Under the pieces are notes generated by a model, which was given only the letters and a program-made list of their open reading frames with translations, ran no database searches and was not told the DNA's origin. From a virus, in the IMG/VR virus record IMGVR_UViG_3300046168_000026, positions 96,001 through 160,000 of that record: a stretch of DNA of 64,000 bases. One strand, 5' to 3'. Position 1 is the first letter of the stretch, and the number at the start of each line of letters is the position of its first letter. Both the position numbers and the translations under genes were made by a program. Shown here in pieces: positions 28,064 through 37,178 of the stretch.

Positions 28064-30466
28064 TTATTCAGGGAACGCTGCGCCAGTTGGAAGTACATTG
28101 AAATCAAGTACTATAAACTCTGCAGTTTTCGCTGGTTGAATAAAGATTTCTCCTTTTAAGATGTTTCTATCTATAATATCGGGTGTATTGTTTGATTCGT
28201 CCATAATAACTCGGAATGCGTAAAGACCTTGTCTTTGTTGTACTGATTCTAAGTAAGGGTTAACTATACTTAGGAATCTGTTTCTTGTTGCTGCCGTATT
28301 ATTTTCGAACAATAAATACCTTGAAGATGATGCGATGAACTTCTTCAATGCGATTAGTAATCTTCTTACATTAATTCTGTCAAGAGCTGAAGGTCTAGCT
28401 TGAAGTGTCTTCTGACCAAATACCGTAGCACCTTGTCCAGGGAATGTAGCGATTGGGTTAATTCTATTTTCGTATAATGTATCTCTCTCGTCATGAGTCA
28501 ATCTTGACTTAACTTCGATTACATTTGATAAACCACCTCTATTTAAACCTGCGGGTGCGAACCATGGTTCAGCAACTGCGTCATTAAATGCGATAACACC
28601 TGGTAATACAACACTTGGTGGTACCCAGACTGGTTTATTTTTGTCTGTATCAAGAATCTTACACCATGGGTGATAAGTTCCGACATAGTTTGAATCGAAT
28701 GAACTTAGTGAGTTAACTACTGTTGAGATTGAATCTGTGTAAGAACCTGCGTCCATTACGAAGAATGCATCTTGTCTGTCTTCACACATATCTTTTGCAA
28801 AAGTAGTTACTGAAGAGTGTAGTCTATTGATTACACCTGGTAATACTAATAGGTTCATATCATATTCATCAGGATTTGACATTGCGCTAATAGCTTTTCT
28901 CATTGCGATTGTACCACCTGCGGTTGCTGATGATAAATCCAATCCTTGCATATTACCTGCAACAATGTTTGTTCCTGTTAGTACTGTTCTGTTTGGTGCG
29001 AATCCATCGAACCCACCTTGGAATGGTACTAAGAATTTTTTATTGTCTATAAGACCATCGTTTAGTGCAATTGCTGCTCCATTAGAAGTACATTGACTTA
29101 ATAAGAACTTAGTTCCAACAGTTTCAGAACTTGAGTCTGGAATTGGGTTTAAGTAGTTTAAGTTATCTGTATTTGTAAAGTCGAATGAATAACCTAAGAA
29201 TGCTCTTTTGTTAAATTCATTTGCAATTGACTGGTCTGTTACATATGTAGGACTTGGTAAATTATGTCCACTATGTATAGGTGACTTAACTGCTGCGAAT
29301 CCGAAAGGAACAAGACTTGCATCAAGTGCTCCACCATCCATATCACTATTTACTTCTACTCTAATGTTTACAGATGCGTTTGGATAATCCCCATTTGAAG
29401 TAACTTTACCATTGTTATCAACAGTAATATACTTGTCACCAATAACTCTTTTAATGTAGTTAGGTGAATTAGGGTCTAAGTTAAGTCCACTAAATTCTTC
29501 TATAATACTTGGTCTAACATCACTATCTTGAACAGTTTGACCAAATATAGAATTAGCAATTTTAGAAGTATCTACTCTTCGTAGGATAACACTAAATGTT
29601 CCGTACTCAGAACCAGGAACTTCATTTGCTGGTTTAATATCTCTAATACCAATTTTAAATTCGTAGTTTGTCGAAGTACCATGTGACAATGTGTGGAATC
29701 TAAATAAGTTTTTACTTGTACCTGATACATCTTGTGATATGATGAAAGGTGTTGAAGCTTCTTGGTATGCTTTTGTATAGTCAGTTTTTCTAAATGTATC
29801 AACTTCTACATTACAATTAGGGTCAGCTGCGAAAGATGACGATTGGAATGAATTGAAGTTCATATATAGGTAACCAAATTCCGAACCATTTTTAGGAGAT
29901 GAACCAAGTGTTTTTCCAATGTAGTTTACTGCGCTTGGGTCTAATGATGCGGTTGCTATTGCAAGTACTGCTGACTCTGATAAACCTGTTACTGCACCCG
30001 ATGCACTCATATAAAGTGCGAAGTTAGATGCCGAAACATCTGGTGTTGGTGAAGCTGCTGAACCACTCAAGTTTGTTACAAGTGACCTATCAAATGAACC
30101 TGTTGAGTTTGCAACACCACCGAAAGGTACTTTTGTAGTAGGGTGAATTACTGCTGCTACTGAACCACTAATCTTTAATACTAAAGGTTCAACAGTATAA
30201 CCACTCTGTCCTAATACTCTTACGATAGTCGCAGTTCCTGCGTCTTCTAAATATGATTGTGCAGTATAAGGTAGGTATGAATCTTCTGTCAAACCACCAA
30301 ATACTTGTTGAAATTCTTGAAAGGACTCTACCTGTGTTGGTACGAATGCAGGCCCCTTTATACTTTGTCCTATAAGTGCCGCACCTATCTCTCCTATACC
30401 TTGTGGTAAGAATGAGAGGTCTTTTTCTCTTGTGAATACACCTGGACTAACAATTCTTTCTGCCAT
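28064..30466 (-). CDS. Tail sheath protein (gp18-like)
   Basis: SPGVFTREKD, WFAPAGLNRG, INPIATFPG, GQKTLQ, RINVRRL, PAKTAEFI. Confidence 0.95.
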   Translation of the reverse strand: MAERIVSPGVFTREKDLSFLPQGIGEIGAALIGQSIKGPAFVPTQVESFQEFQQVFGGLTEDSYLPYTAQSYLEDAGTATIVRVLGQSGYTVEPLVLKISGSVAAVIHPTTKVPFGGVANSTGSFDRSLVTNLSGSAASPTPDVSASNFALYMSASGAVTGLSESAVLAIATASLDPSAVNYIGKTLGSSPKNGSEFGYLYMNFNSFQSSSFAADPNCNVEVDTFRKTDYTKAYQEASTPFIISQDVSGTSKNLFRFHTLSHGTSTNYEFKIGIRDIKPANEVPGSEYGTFSVILRRVDTSKIANSIFGQTVQDSDVRPSIIEEFSGLNLDPNSPNYIKRVIGDKYITVDNNGKVTSNGDYPNASVNIRVEVNSDMDGGALDASLVPFGFAAVKSPIHSGHNLPSPTYVTDQSIANEFNKRAFLGYSFDFTNTDNLNYLNPIPDSSSETVGTKFLLSQCTSNGAAIALNDGLIDNKKFLVPFQGGFDGFAPNRTVLTGTNIVAGNMQGLDLSSATAGGTIAMRKAISAMSNPDEYDMNLLVLPGVINRLHSSVTTFAKDMCEDRQDAFFVMDAGSYTDSISTVVNSLSSFDSNYVGTYHPWCKILDTDKNKPVWVPPSVVLPGVIAFNDAVAEPWFAPAGLNRGGLSNVIEVKSRLTHDERDTLYENRINPIATFPGQGATVFGQKTLQARPSALDRINVRRLLIALKKFIASSSRYLLFENNTAATRNRFLSIVNPYLESVQQRQGLYAFRVIMDESNNTPDIIDRNILKGEIFIQPAKTAEFIVLDFNVLPTGAAFPE

Positions 30467-30536
30467 TATTTTCTCCTAAATTAAATCTTTGGGTTTACCT
30501 TTATATAAATACTCCAAAAATTTCCAAAACGAATAC

Positions 30537-30818
30537 TTATTTGTTAGGTGTGAAAGTATTTGTAGCCACATCGTAAGTTCCCTCACCATATTTAGCTCTC
30601 AACTCCACACTTAATTCTCTTTCCTCGTTGGATAATTCTCTGTAAGATTCCATCAAAGTGTTCTTTTCAAGTTTCATTTCATTGAATTGGGCTTCCATGT
30701 TTTGAATACCAATTTCAATCTCACCTAACCTTGATGTAATTGATAGAGTTTTACTTTGAATTTCCGTAATTTTTTTAACTTCTTCTTCCGAAAAACTTTT
30801 TATTTCTTTTTCTGCCAT
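30537..30818 (-). CDS. Small coiled-coil hypothetical protein
   Basis: Heptad-rich, ends KYGEGTYD; own late motif at 30845-30852. Confidence 0.65.
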   Translation of the reverse strand: MAEKEIKSFSEEEVKKITEIQSKTLSITSRLGEIEIGIQNMEAQFNEMKLEKNTLMESYRELSNEERELSVELRAKYGEGTYDVATNTFTPNK

Positions 30819-30860
30819 AACATATTAATTTTATTTACTACACTTATAAATATGGAAAAA

Positions 30861-31700
30861 TTATTCATTACCACTCTTTTTAGAGATTTTAATGCCAGAA
30901 AGACTTGGGTCTTCTGAAAATGAAACTTTTCCAATCGATACTGTTCGTTTAGTATTGTTGTTTAGTCCGACATATTCTGGAACGATATAAGCCTTAGTTA
31001 CTAAAGATATTGTTGCTTTAGTAATTCTATCTTGACCCATCTCGGACATTGTTTCAAATGAGTAAGAATCACCTTTTATTACAAACTTATATCTTTCACC
31101 AAAAGAACGACCTTGGAAAAATACAATTTGCTCTACAACTTTGTTAACTTGTTCCATATAGTCACACCAAACTATCACTTCATATTGTAAATCAACATAA
31201 TCAGGTCTTTCAACTGACATAAATTCTTTCTTTGGATTTTCTCCTGTCAGTATTGCAAATTGGTCGTACTTATTAAGTTTATTGTACTTTCTTTCAAAGA
31301 ACTGATGTGTATCTTCGTTTTGTGCAACTTTTAATTTTGCTAAATCGGTGTTTACTGATAGATTATCTCTTTTAAAAACAATAACGGGAGTTAACATCAT
31401 TCCGTTTTCGTCTCTCATAAACCCATCTCGTTGTGCACTTGCCCACTTTTCAGGTGATGCATACATTACAGGAACAGGATAAAATCTTCCATCATCCTCA
31501 ACAGTTGGTCTTACATCCTTTTCTAAAAAGTTTTTAAATGCAGAATCGATATCGTAAATACCAACACTTACATTTTTTACATTATCCTTATCCCTTCTAT
31601 ACTGCTTTGCTTTATTTAATATAGGGTCAGGTGATGTAGAAGATTGTGTTTGTATAATCTGAGGTTTCGAGTTGTCTGTATTTCTGTATTTAGTTGCCAT
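30861..31700 (-). CDS. Tail terminator / sheath stabiliser (gp15-like)
   Basis: VPVMYASPEKW, PDYVDLQYEVIVW...EQVNKVVEQI; follows the neck genes. Confidence 0.65.
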   Translation of the reverse strand: MATKYRNTDNSKPQIIQTQSSTSPDPILNKAKQYRRDKDNVKNVSVGIYDIDSAFKNFLEKDVRPTVEDDGRFYPVPVMYASPEKWASAQRDGFMRDENGMMLTPVIVFKRDNLSVNTDLAKLKVAQNEDTHQFFERKYNKLNKYDQFAILTGENPKKEFMSVERPDYVDLQYEVIVWCDYMEQVNKVVEQIVFFQGRSFGERYKFVIKGDSYSFETMSEMGQDRITKATISLVTKAYIVPEYVGLNNNTKRTVSIGKVSFSEDPSLSGIKISKKSGNE

Positions 31701-31703
31701 CGT

Positions 31704-32231
31704 TTATAGTCCCATTGGTACTTCGTTATCATTTTGGTTTGAATTACCGAATCTTGTTTCTACTAATTTAATACTTGTTTGTCTTGTAACATGACTATCA
31801 CATATAATAGATACATTTAAACCTTGAGCATCACCACCATCCCAATACTGAGGATTCTTTCCTGCAAAGTATTGATATGAGTATGATGCGTCTATTAGAT
31901 GATATTCATTATTCCATTGTACAATATCACCAACTGCAGGTACTAAATCTTTTTCTTTTAATGTATCTCTTAAAAACTTAAACTGAACTTCACGAGAATA
32001 TGATTGTCCAAACTCATCAGATATTTGTGCTGCTTGATTTCTTTCTACTAAACATGGTATTTTTATTGGATTGTGAAATACTTTATTGTCACCCTCACCA
32101 TATAAATTAGATTTGGTTTCAGTAATCGCAACCATATAGTAATACACTTCTGTATCAATTATATCATTAATGAGTTCTTTGTTCAATTTATTAAACAAAC
32201 TCATATCTCTTTGTCCACCGAACAATGCCAT
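31704..32231 (-). CDS. Neck / head closure protein (gp14-like)
   Basis: SNLYGE, PAVGDIVQW; gp13-gp14-gp15 synteny. Confidence 0.65.
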   Translation of the reverse strand: MALFGGQRDMSLFNKLNKELINDIIDTEVYYYMVAITETKSNLYGEGDNKVFHNPIKIPCLVERNQAAQISDEFGQSYSREVQFKFLRDTLKEKDLVPAVGDIVQWNNEYHLIDASYSYQYFAGKNPQYWDGGDAQGLNVSIICDSHVTRQTSIKLVETRFGNSNQNDNEVPMGL

Positions 32232-32234
32232 AAA

Positions 32235-33398
32235 TTACCCTATAAAAATTGGTCTTGGTACTCTGTTTAAAGTTTCCTCTAAGTATTCAGACTCTTCTTT
32301 TTTTGCTTCCATTAATGCTCTACGAGAAGTTGATTCTAACATTTCTTTCAAGTCAGTTAACAAAGTTTCTTTTTCAGCCGAAGCTTCATTTCTTAAATCA
32401 GACCCATCAAGTGTTACATCTGCACCTGGTATAGGAATAGAACTAAATTTAGCTCTGATAGCACCTAACATTTCTTTTGCTAATGCCAATGCGTATCGTG
32501 CAATCCATTGTTTACCTGCACTATTGATATTAGTATATGTTAATCTTCCAAATGGTGCGTTTGATAAATCACTTACAACATTTGAATTTGCAATTGGTGA
32601 TTTACTTTCACTTTCTAATGTATAATCGAAATATACTTTTGCACCTGTATCTTTTCCTTGAGGGAATGGATATAATCTAATTCGTTGTCCATCTATATGG
32701 AATCCATATGATGATTTTCTAATATAATCATTAAATTCAATTGCTTGTAATCTTAATAAGTCATCAAACATTGGTTGCATCATGAATGAAACACCTGGCG
32801 AGTAATTACCCCATCCAAAAGTTTCTAACATTTGCTGAGAACCTAATCCTGTTCCGATGAATGGGTCAAAGTATCTTATGATTGCTGGTGGTTGTGTATG
32901 GAATACTCGTCTAAGTACGATACCATCATTTACTGAACCATTTTCTAAGTTCACCACATTTGCATCAGATAAATCATAAATTTGTTTACCTGCCACCATT
33001 TCAAAAGAACCTGTATATACTGTTACTCGTCCACCACTTAATGCTTCAGTACCATAATCTTTTGCTATACTAACCATACCATTTAGATTTGGTGCAATCT
33101 CAGTATCAGACAAATCAGTACCTAAAGCAGTACCTTGTATTGACAACATATTTTCTTTTGCTCTGTATTGATTTACTTGTGAAGAGTATTCGTTAGCTGC
33201 TTCTTCAAGACAAGTAAAAAAGTTTATATCTTGCAACTCGACATCTACGATTGGGTATCCCAATCTCTTCGCACACCATTCTGCTACTTTCGGAGCGTCA
33301 TTCTGAAATTGAGTATCAGAATCAAAGAATCCGAAAGGAGTTGATGAACCACTTGAAAATGAACCTGAACCAGGCCATATTGGAATGTTTACTGCCAT
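32235..33398 (-). CDS. Neck / head-tail adaptor protein (gp13-like)
   Basis: KRLGYPIVDVEL, WIARYALALAKEMLG..R.KF, VTLDG. Confidence 0.75.
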   Translation of the reverse strand: MAVNIPIWPGSGSFSSGSSTPFGFFDSDTQFQNDAPKVAEWCAKRLGYPIVDVELQDINFFTCLEEAANEYSSQVNQYRAKENMLSIQGTALGTDLSDTEIAPNLNGMVSIAKDYGTEALSGGRVTVYTGSFEMVAGKQIYDLSDANVVNLENGSVNDGIVLRRVFHTQPPAIIRYFDPFIGTGLGSQQMLETFGWGNYSPGVSFMMQPMFDDLLRLQAIEFNDYIRKSSYGFHIDGQRIRLYPFPQGKDTGAKVYFDYTLESESKSPIANSNVVSDLSNAPFGRLTYTNINSAGKQWIARYALALAKEMLGAIRAKFSSIPIPGADVTLDGSDLRNEASAEKETLLTDLKEMLESTSRRALMEAKKEESEYLEETLNRVPRPIFIG

Positions 33399-33433
33399 TT
33401 AATTCTCCTCTATGTATATAAATATGGAAATAA

Positions 33434-35245
33434 TTAGCTTTCCCTATTTTCCATGAACGAAACTACAATATAACGAGTACCTTTAGTGGTTGCACGCGCT
33501 CCATGCTTATGAGTTATATTGCCAGGATGTAATGTTGCGTAACCAATTGGATTTTTTACTAACTTCTTTTGTCTTCTGAACCAAGTACCACCACCTTCGT
33601 ATTCATCTAAATCTGATAGTTGTACTAAACAAGTAATATCTGCCCTATCGTGATGTATTCCCAAGTGTCCTTGTGCAGTTGGTATATATTTTGCTAAAAA
33701 GTTTTCGGAACTCATACTATCCCATCCTTTACCTTCTAACGCCCATAAATATACTGCAACTTGCATAACATAGTCTTTCAATACATCATTATATATCTCG
33801 TCCATTCCAATTTCTGTTATCAACATATCAGTTGTTGGGTAATTTTCATGTCGGTCAAAAGTCCATCTATTAGAATGTTCGGCTTCTTCTCTAATCATTT
33901 TACAAAATTCTTCAGTAAATAAAGGAAATTGAAAACAACTATCAAATGGTTCGTCTACTATCAAATCCCATTCCTTTGTACGAGCTGAATATGATATGAA
34001 TTTTTTTGTCCACTCATCTTTGTTGTCCCAATATGTGTATAGTTCTGGATGAAGTTTTTCAAATCCAAAATCTTCTGGCGGAGTAAATCCTCTTGCCTCA
34101 TCTGGTAACTTATCATTCACCAAATTATACCACTCTACATATCTGTCACTCCAATTTTGTTTTCTTGCAAATTGTTCAGCACTATCTAACAACTTCTTGT
34201 GTTCTTTTACTTGTTGACTTGAAAAAGCAAATGCTGCGATAAATGTATATCGCATAAGGCCTGTATTTTTATTTTCCCATTTGTAGTTATCAGGGGAACT
34301 ATCATCAAATGGAGTTTCACCTGACTCATGAGTATGTGAACTTATTAATGTACTTTTATTATCGAGTAAGTGTTTTAAATTACCTGTATCAGATGATAGA
34401 AGTTTAACTCTACCCATCATCATTTCAAGAGCAGTTATACAATATGTTTCAGGATACTGAGATGGGTAAATCCACCACTCAGAAGATTTAATTTGTTTGT
34501 ATAACTCAGATGGATTTAGTGAACCTAAATAATGTACATCAAAGTCTCTTTCATAAGTTGGGTAATCTTTTTTTATTCGTTCTAAAGTGTCCCAATCATT
34601 AGTATAAGGTGGTGATGCAACCCACAAAGTTAAATTAGGATTAATGTTTTTTAAATCATCCCAAATATTTAACAGATTCCACAATCCTCTATCAGGTCCA
34701 GATGTGTAAATTACTTTGTCTTTAAATTTTTCTTGTTGGATGGAATCAAAGTCGGATGGGTTTATAGCATTTCCTATAACTTTAACCTTTTCAGAGTTTA
34801 AATTATATTTTTTCACTAATTGACCCTTTTGCCACTCTGATACTGCGATTATATTTGTTAATTTAGGATGGTTTAGATAATCTACTCCATCATTTGGAAG
34901 AGTCTCACCATTATACCATGAATAGAACTCTAAATTATGTATCCAAAAGTAAGAACTATCGAATGTTATATTTTTATCTTCTAAAACTTTAAAGTAATGA
35001 ATGTAATTTGATGCAATAACAACATCAAAGTGTTGATTGTTATCAATACTGTCATAATCAATAAATTTTAGATTATTTGTTTGACTATTTGAAACTTCAC
35101 CTGTAATTATTACCTCGTGACCTTTCTTTTCAAACTCTTTAGCTAAGTTAATGACGCAATATTCAGAACCACCCATACCTTTTTGTTTTAGTATGGTGTC
35201 ATTAATTGGTTCGTTTTGATATCCTACTGTAAATAAAACTCTCAT
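33434..35245 (-). CDS. Fusion of a GT-B (GT4-like) glycosyltransferase and a PLOD-type lysyl hydroxylase (2OG-Fe(II)) domain
   Basis: N-terminal GGSE, YTSGPDRGL, YPSQYPETYCITALE. C-terminal LHPELY..WDN..EW, FPLFTEEFC, ENYPTTD, HHD, YEGGGTWF, LHPGNITHKH and GTRYIVVSF match lysyl hydroxylase motifs as I recall them. Confidence 0.85.
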   Translation of the reverse strand: MRVLFTVGYQNEPINDTILKQKGMGGSEYCVINLAKEFEKKGHEVIITGEVSNSQTNNLKFIDYDSIDNNQHFDVVIASNYIHYFKVLEDKNITFDSSYFWIHNLEFYSWYNGETLPNDGVDYLNHPKLTNIIAVSEWQKGQLVKKYNLNSEKVKVIGNAINPSDFDSIQQEKFKDKVIYTSGPDRGLWNLLNIWDDLKNINPNLTLWVASPPYTNDWDTLERIKKDYPTYERDFDVHYLGSLNPSELYKQIKSSEWWIYPSQYPETYCITALEMMMGRVKLLSSDTGNLKHLLDNKSTLISSHTHESGETPFDDSSPDNYKWENKNTGLMRYTFIAAFAFSSQQVKEHKKLLDSAEQFARKQNWSDRYVEWYNLVNDKLPDEARGFTPPEDFGFEKLHPELYTYWDNKDEWTKKFISYSARTKEWDLIVDEPFDSCFQFPLFTEEFCKMIREEAEHSNRWTFDRHENYPTTDMLITEIGMDEIYNDVLKDYVMQVAVYLWALEGKGWDSMSSENFLAKYIPTAQGHLGIHHDRADITCLVQLSDLDEYEGGGTWFRRQKKLVKNPIGYATLHPGNITHKHGARATTKGTRYIVVSFMENRES

Positions 35246-35247
35246 AT

Positions 35248-36534
35248 CTATTCTACTATATAATTAACAAATTCTTCGTTTTTACCATATCTGTCATAAT
35301 CTCTATAACTGATATCTTTTATTGAATGGTTTTTTTCATAATCCCACATCCAATCTTCTTTTCCTAATTCCTCAAATCTATCCTTTATTTGAGTATCATA
35401 ATAATCTCTAATTAACCTTGCTCTTCGGTTAATATCAACTCTATTGTTGTCAACAGTAGAGTCTCCATTATTATATTGTACATATAACATTTTTTTAAGA
35501 TGAATAAATTTAGTTTCTAAAAATGTTTTAATAATTAATTCTAAATCATCTGCGACTGAAATATTTCTATTGTGTCCTCTGATTTTATGATACACATCTC
35601 GATTCCAAACTCTACAATGGTTTGGCATCCCAATATTAAATCTAATTGTTTTTGGATTTATTTCAGGATAATGATGTACTAACCACTCTTTATCATCAAT
35701 CTCTTGCCAAGTATGACCTGCGTAACCCCATACAAATCCATTCTCAGAATGACCATACCAATCATCACCTATGTAACCATATATTCTCGGTGAATTATCC
35801 TTTTCAACTTCAGTTACATCTGTATAAATAAATCCAGCATCTGTATGTTTCTTACTTGCATCAAGAACATCTTCTAAACAAGTTGATATTAACCAATCAT
35901 CGTGGTCTAATTCAAATAACCACTCACCATTACATAACATTGCCGCTCTATGTTTAGCCTCACCAACATTTCCACCTGATATTGGTGATATTCTATATGG
36001 TTTTACCCTATAATCTAATTTAGCTATATGATTTATCATTTGCCAAGTTAAATGATGGTCTTCTGGTGAATCATCTACCACAACCCACTCCCAATTCTGA
36101 TATGTTTGTTCTAATAGAGATTTGTATGTTCTAAATATTCTATTTTCAGTTTTATATGTTGGAGTGAATACTGATAATAGTGGTGAATCTTCATTACTAT
36201 AAACTCTATTTGATTCACATGACCAAAAAGTTGACTGACAAACTACATCATTCGCTATTACATTATCAGGATAAATTTCTTCTGCATTAACTATCTTAGA
36301 TTTTACAATATCATCGGTTACATTTTGTAATTCCGATGGAATTTCACCTATTACATAAATAATATCAGCTTTATGTTTGGATAAATGTGATTTCCAATTT
36401 TTAGCATCTCTGTATGAATAAATTACAACATTTTCGAATAAATCTTCTTCGTGATAGATGTCGGATGTTAATTCGTATTTACCAAATCGTTTCCAACCAT
36501 ATACTAATGCCGTTGGTAAAGTAGTCTTTTGCAT
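35248..36534 (-). CDS. Glycosyltransferase family 2
   Basis: SVFTPTYK, WEWVVVDDS, ELDHDD, ADDLEL. Confidence 0.88.
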   Translation of the reverse strand: MQKTTLPTALVYGWKRFGKYELTSDIYHEEDLFENVVIYSYRDAKNWKSHLSKHKADIIYVIGEIPSELQNVTDDIVKSKIVNAEEIYPDNVIANDVVCQSTFWSCESNRVYSNEDSPLLSVFTPTYKTENRIFRTYKSLLEQTYQNWEWVVVDDSPEDHHLTWQMINHIAKLDYRVKPYRISPISGGNVGEAKHRAAMLCNGEWLFELDHDDWLISTCLEDVLDASKKHTDAGFIYTDVTEVEKDNSPRIYGYIGDDWYGHSENGFVWGYAGHTWQEIDDKEWLVHHYPEINPKTIRFNIGMPNHCRVWNRDVYHKIRGHNRNISVADDLELIIKTFLETKFIHLKKMLYVQYNNGDSTVDNNRVDINRRARLIRDYYDTQIKDRFEELGKEDWMWDYEKNHSIKDISYRDYDRYGKNEEFVNYIVE

Positions 36535-36537
36535 ATC

Positions 36538-37140
36538 TTATCTGTAAGGTTCACCACCAACCCATAAAACAAATGATTTTCGTATACCACTTGTTACGGG
36601 AGTTACTCTATGTAAATAAAATGAAGGAAATATAATCGCTGCTCCTTTTTTAGAAGGTGCAGTCAATTCTTTTCCAATATTAAATTGTAAGTCACCACCT
36701 TCGTATTCATTTGAATCTGAAAGTTGTACTGTTACTGATATTTTTCTTTGATTTTGTATCTCTATACCACAATCCATATGCCAATCATACCCACCTTCTT
36801 GACTTCCGTAATATTCAGTATATTGAATTGATTCATTCATAGTAGATAAATCAAACTTCCACATTTTTTGATTTGATTCTACAATCATATTGTGAAGTTT
36901 TTCATAAACCCATCCCCATTCTTGATTTTGAGGACACCATTTTACTCTTGATTTTCTATAATCTGATTTTTTTGATGATTCACCTTCACCTGTTGCTGCA
37001 TCTTCAAATGGAAGGAGTTTGGTCATTTGTTCTATTTGACTTAATTCAGTTGAATCAAACCCATCTGCGAACCAATAATAATCTGTGAAATTTACATCCC
37101 ATCTATGAGGGTTTCTATCGAATCCAAAATTTGCTCTCAT
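36538..37140 (-). CDS. 2OG-Fe(II) oxygenase (PKHD / prolyl-hydroxylase-like)
   Basis: YDWHMD, KISVTVQLS..YEGGDL, FPSFYLHRVTPVTSGIRKSFVLW. Confidence 0.88.
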   Translation of the reverse strand: MRANFGFDRNPHRWDVNFTDYYWFADGFDSTELSQIEQMTKLLPFEDAATGEGESSKKSDYRKSRVKWCPQNQEWGWVYEKLHNMIVESNQKMWKFDLSTMNESIQYTEYYGSQEGGYDWHMDCGIEIQNQRKISVTVQLSDSNEYEGGDLQFNIGKELTAPSKKGAAIIFPSFYLHRVTPVTSGIRKSFVLWVGGEPYR

Positions 37141-37178
37141 AACTTTTTTAATGTTTGTATATAAATATGAAAAATAAT

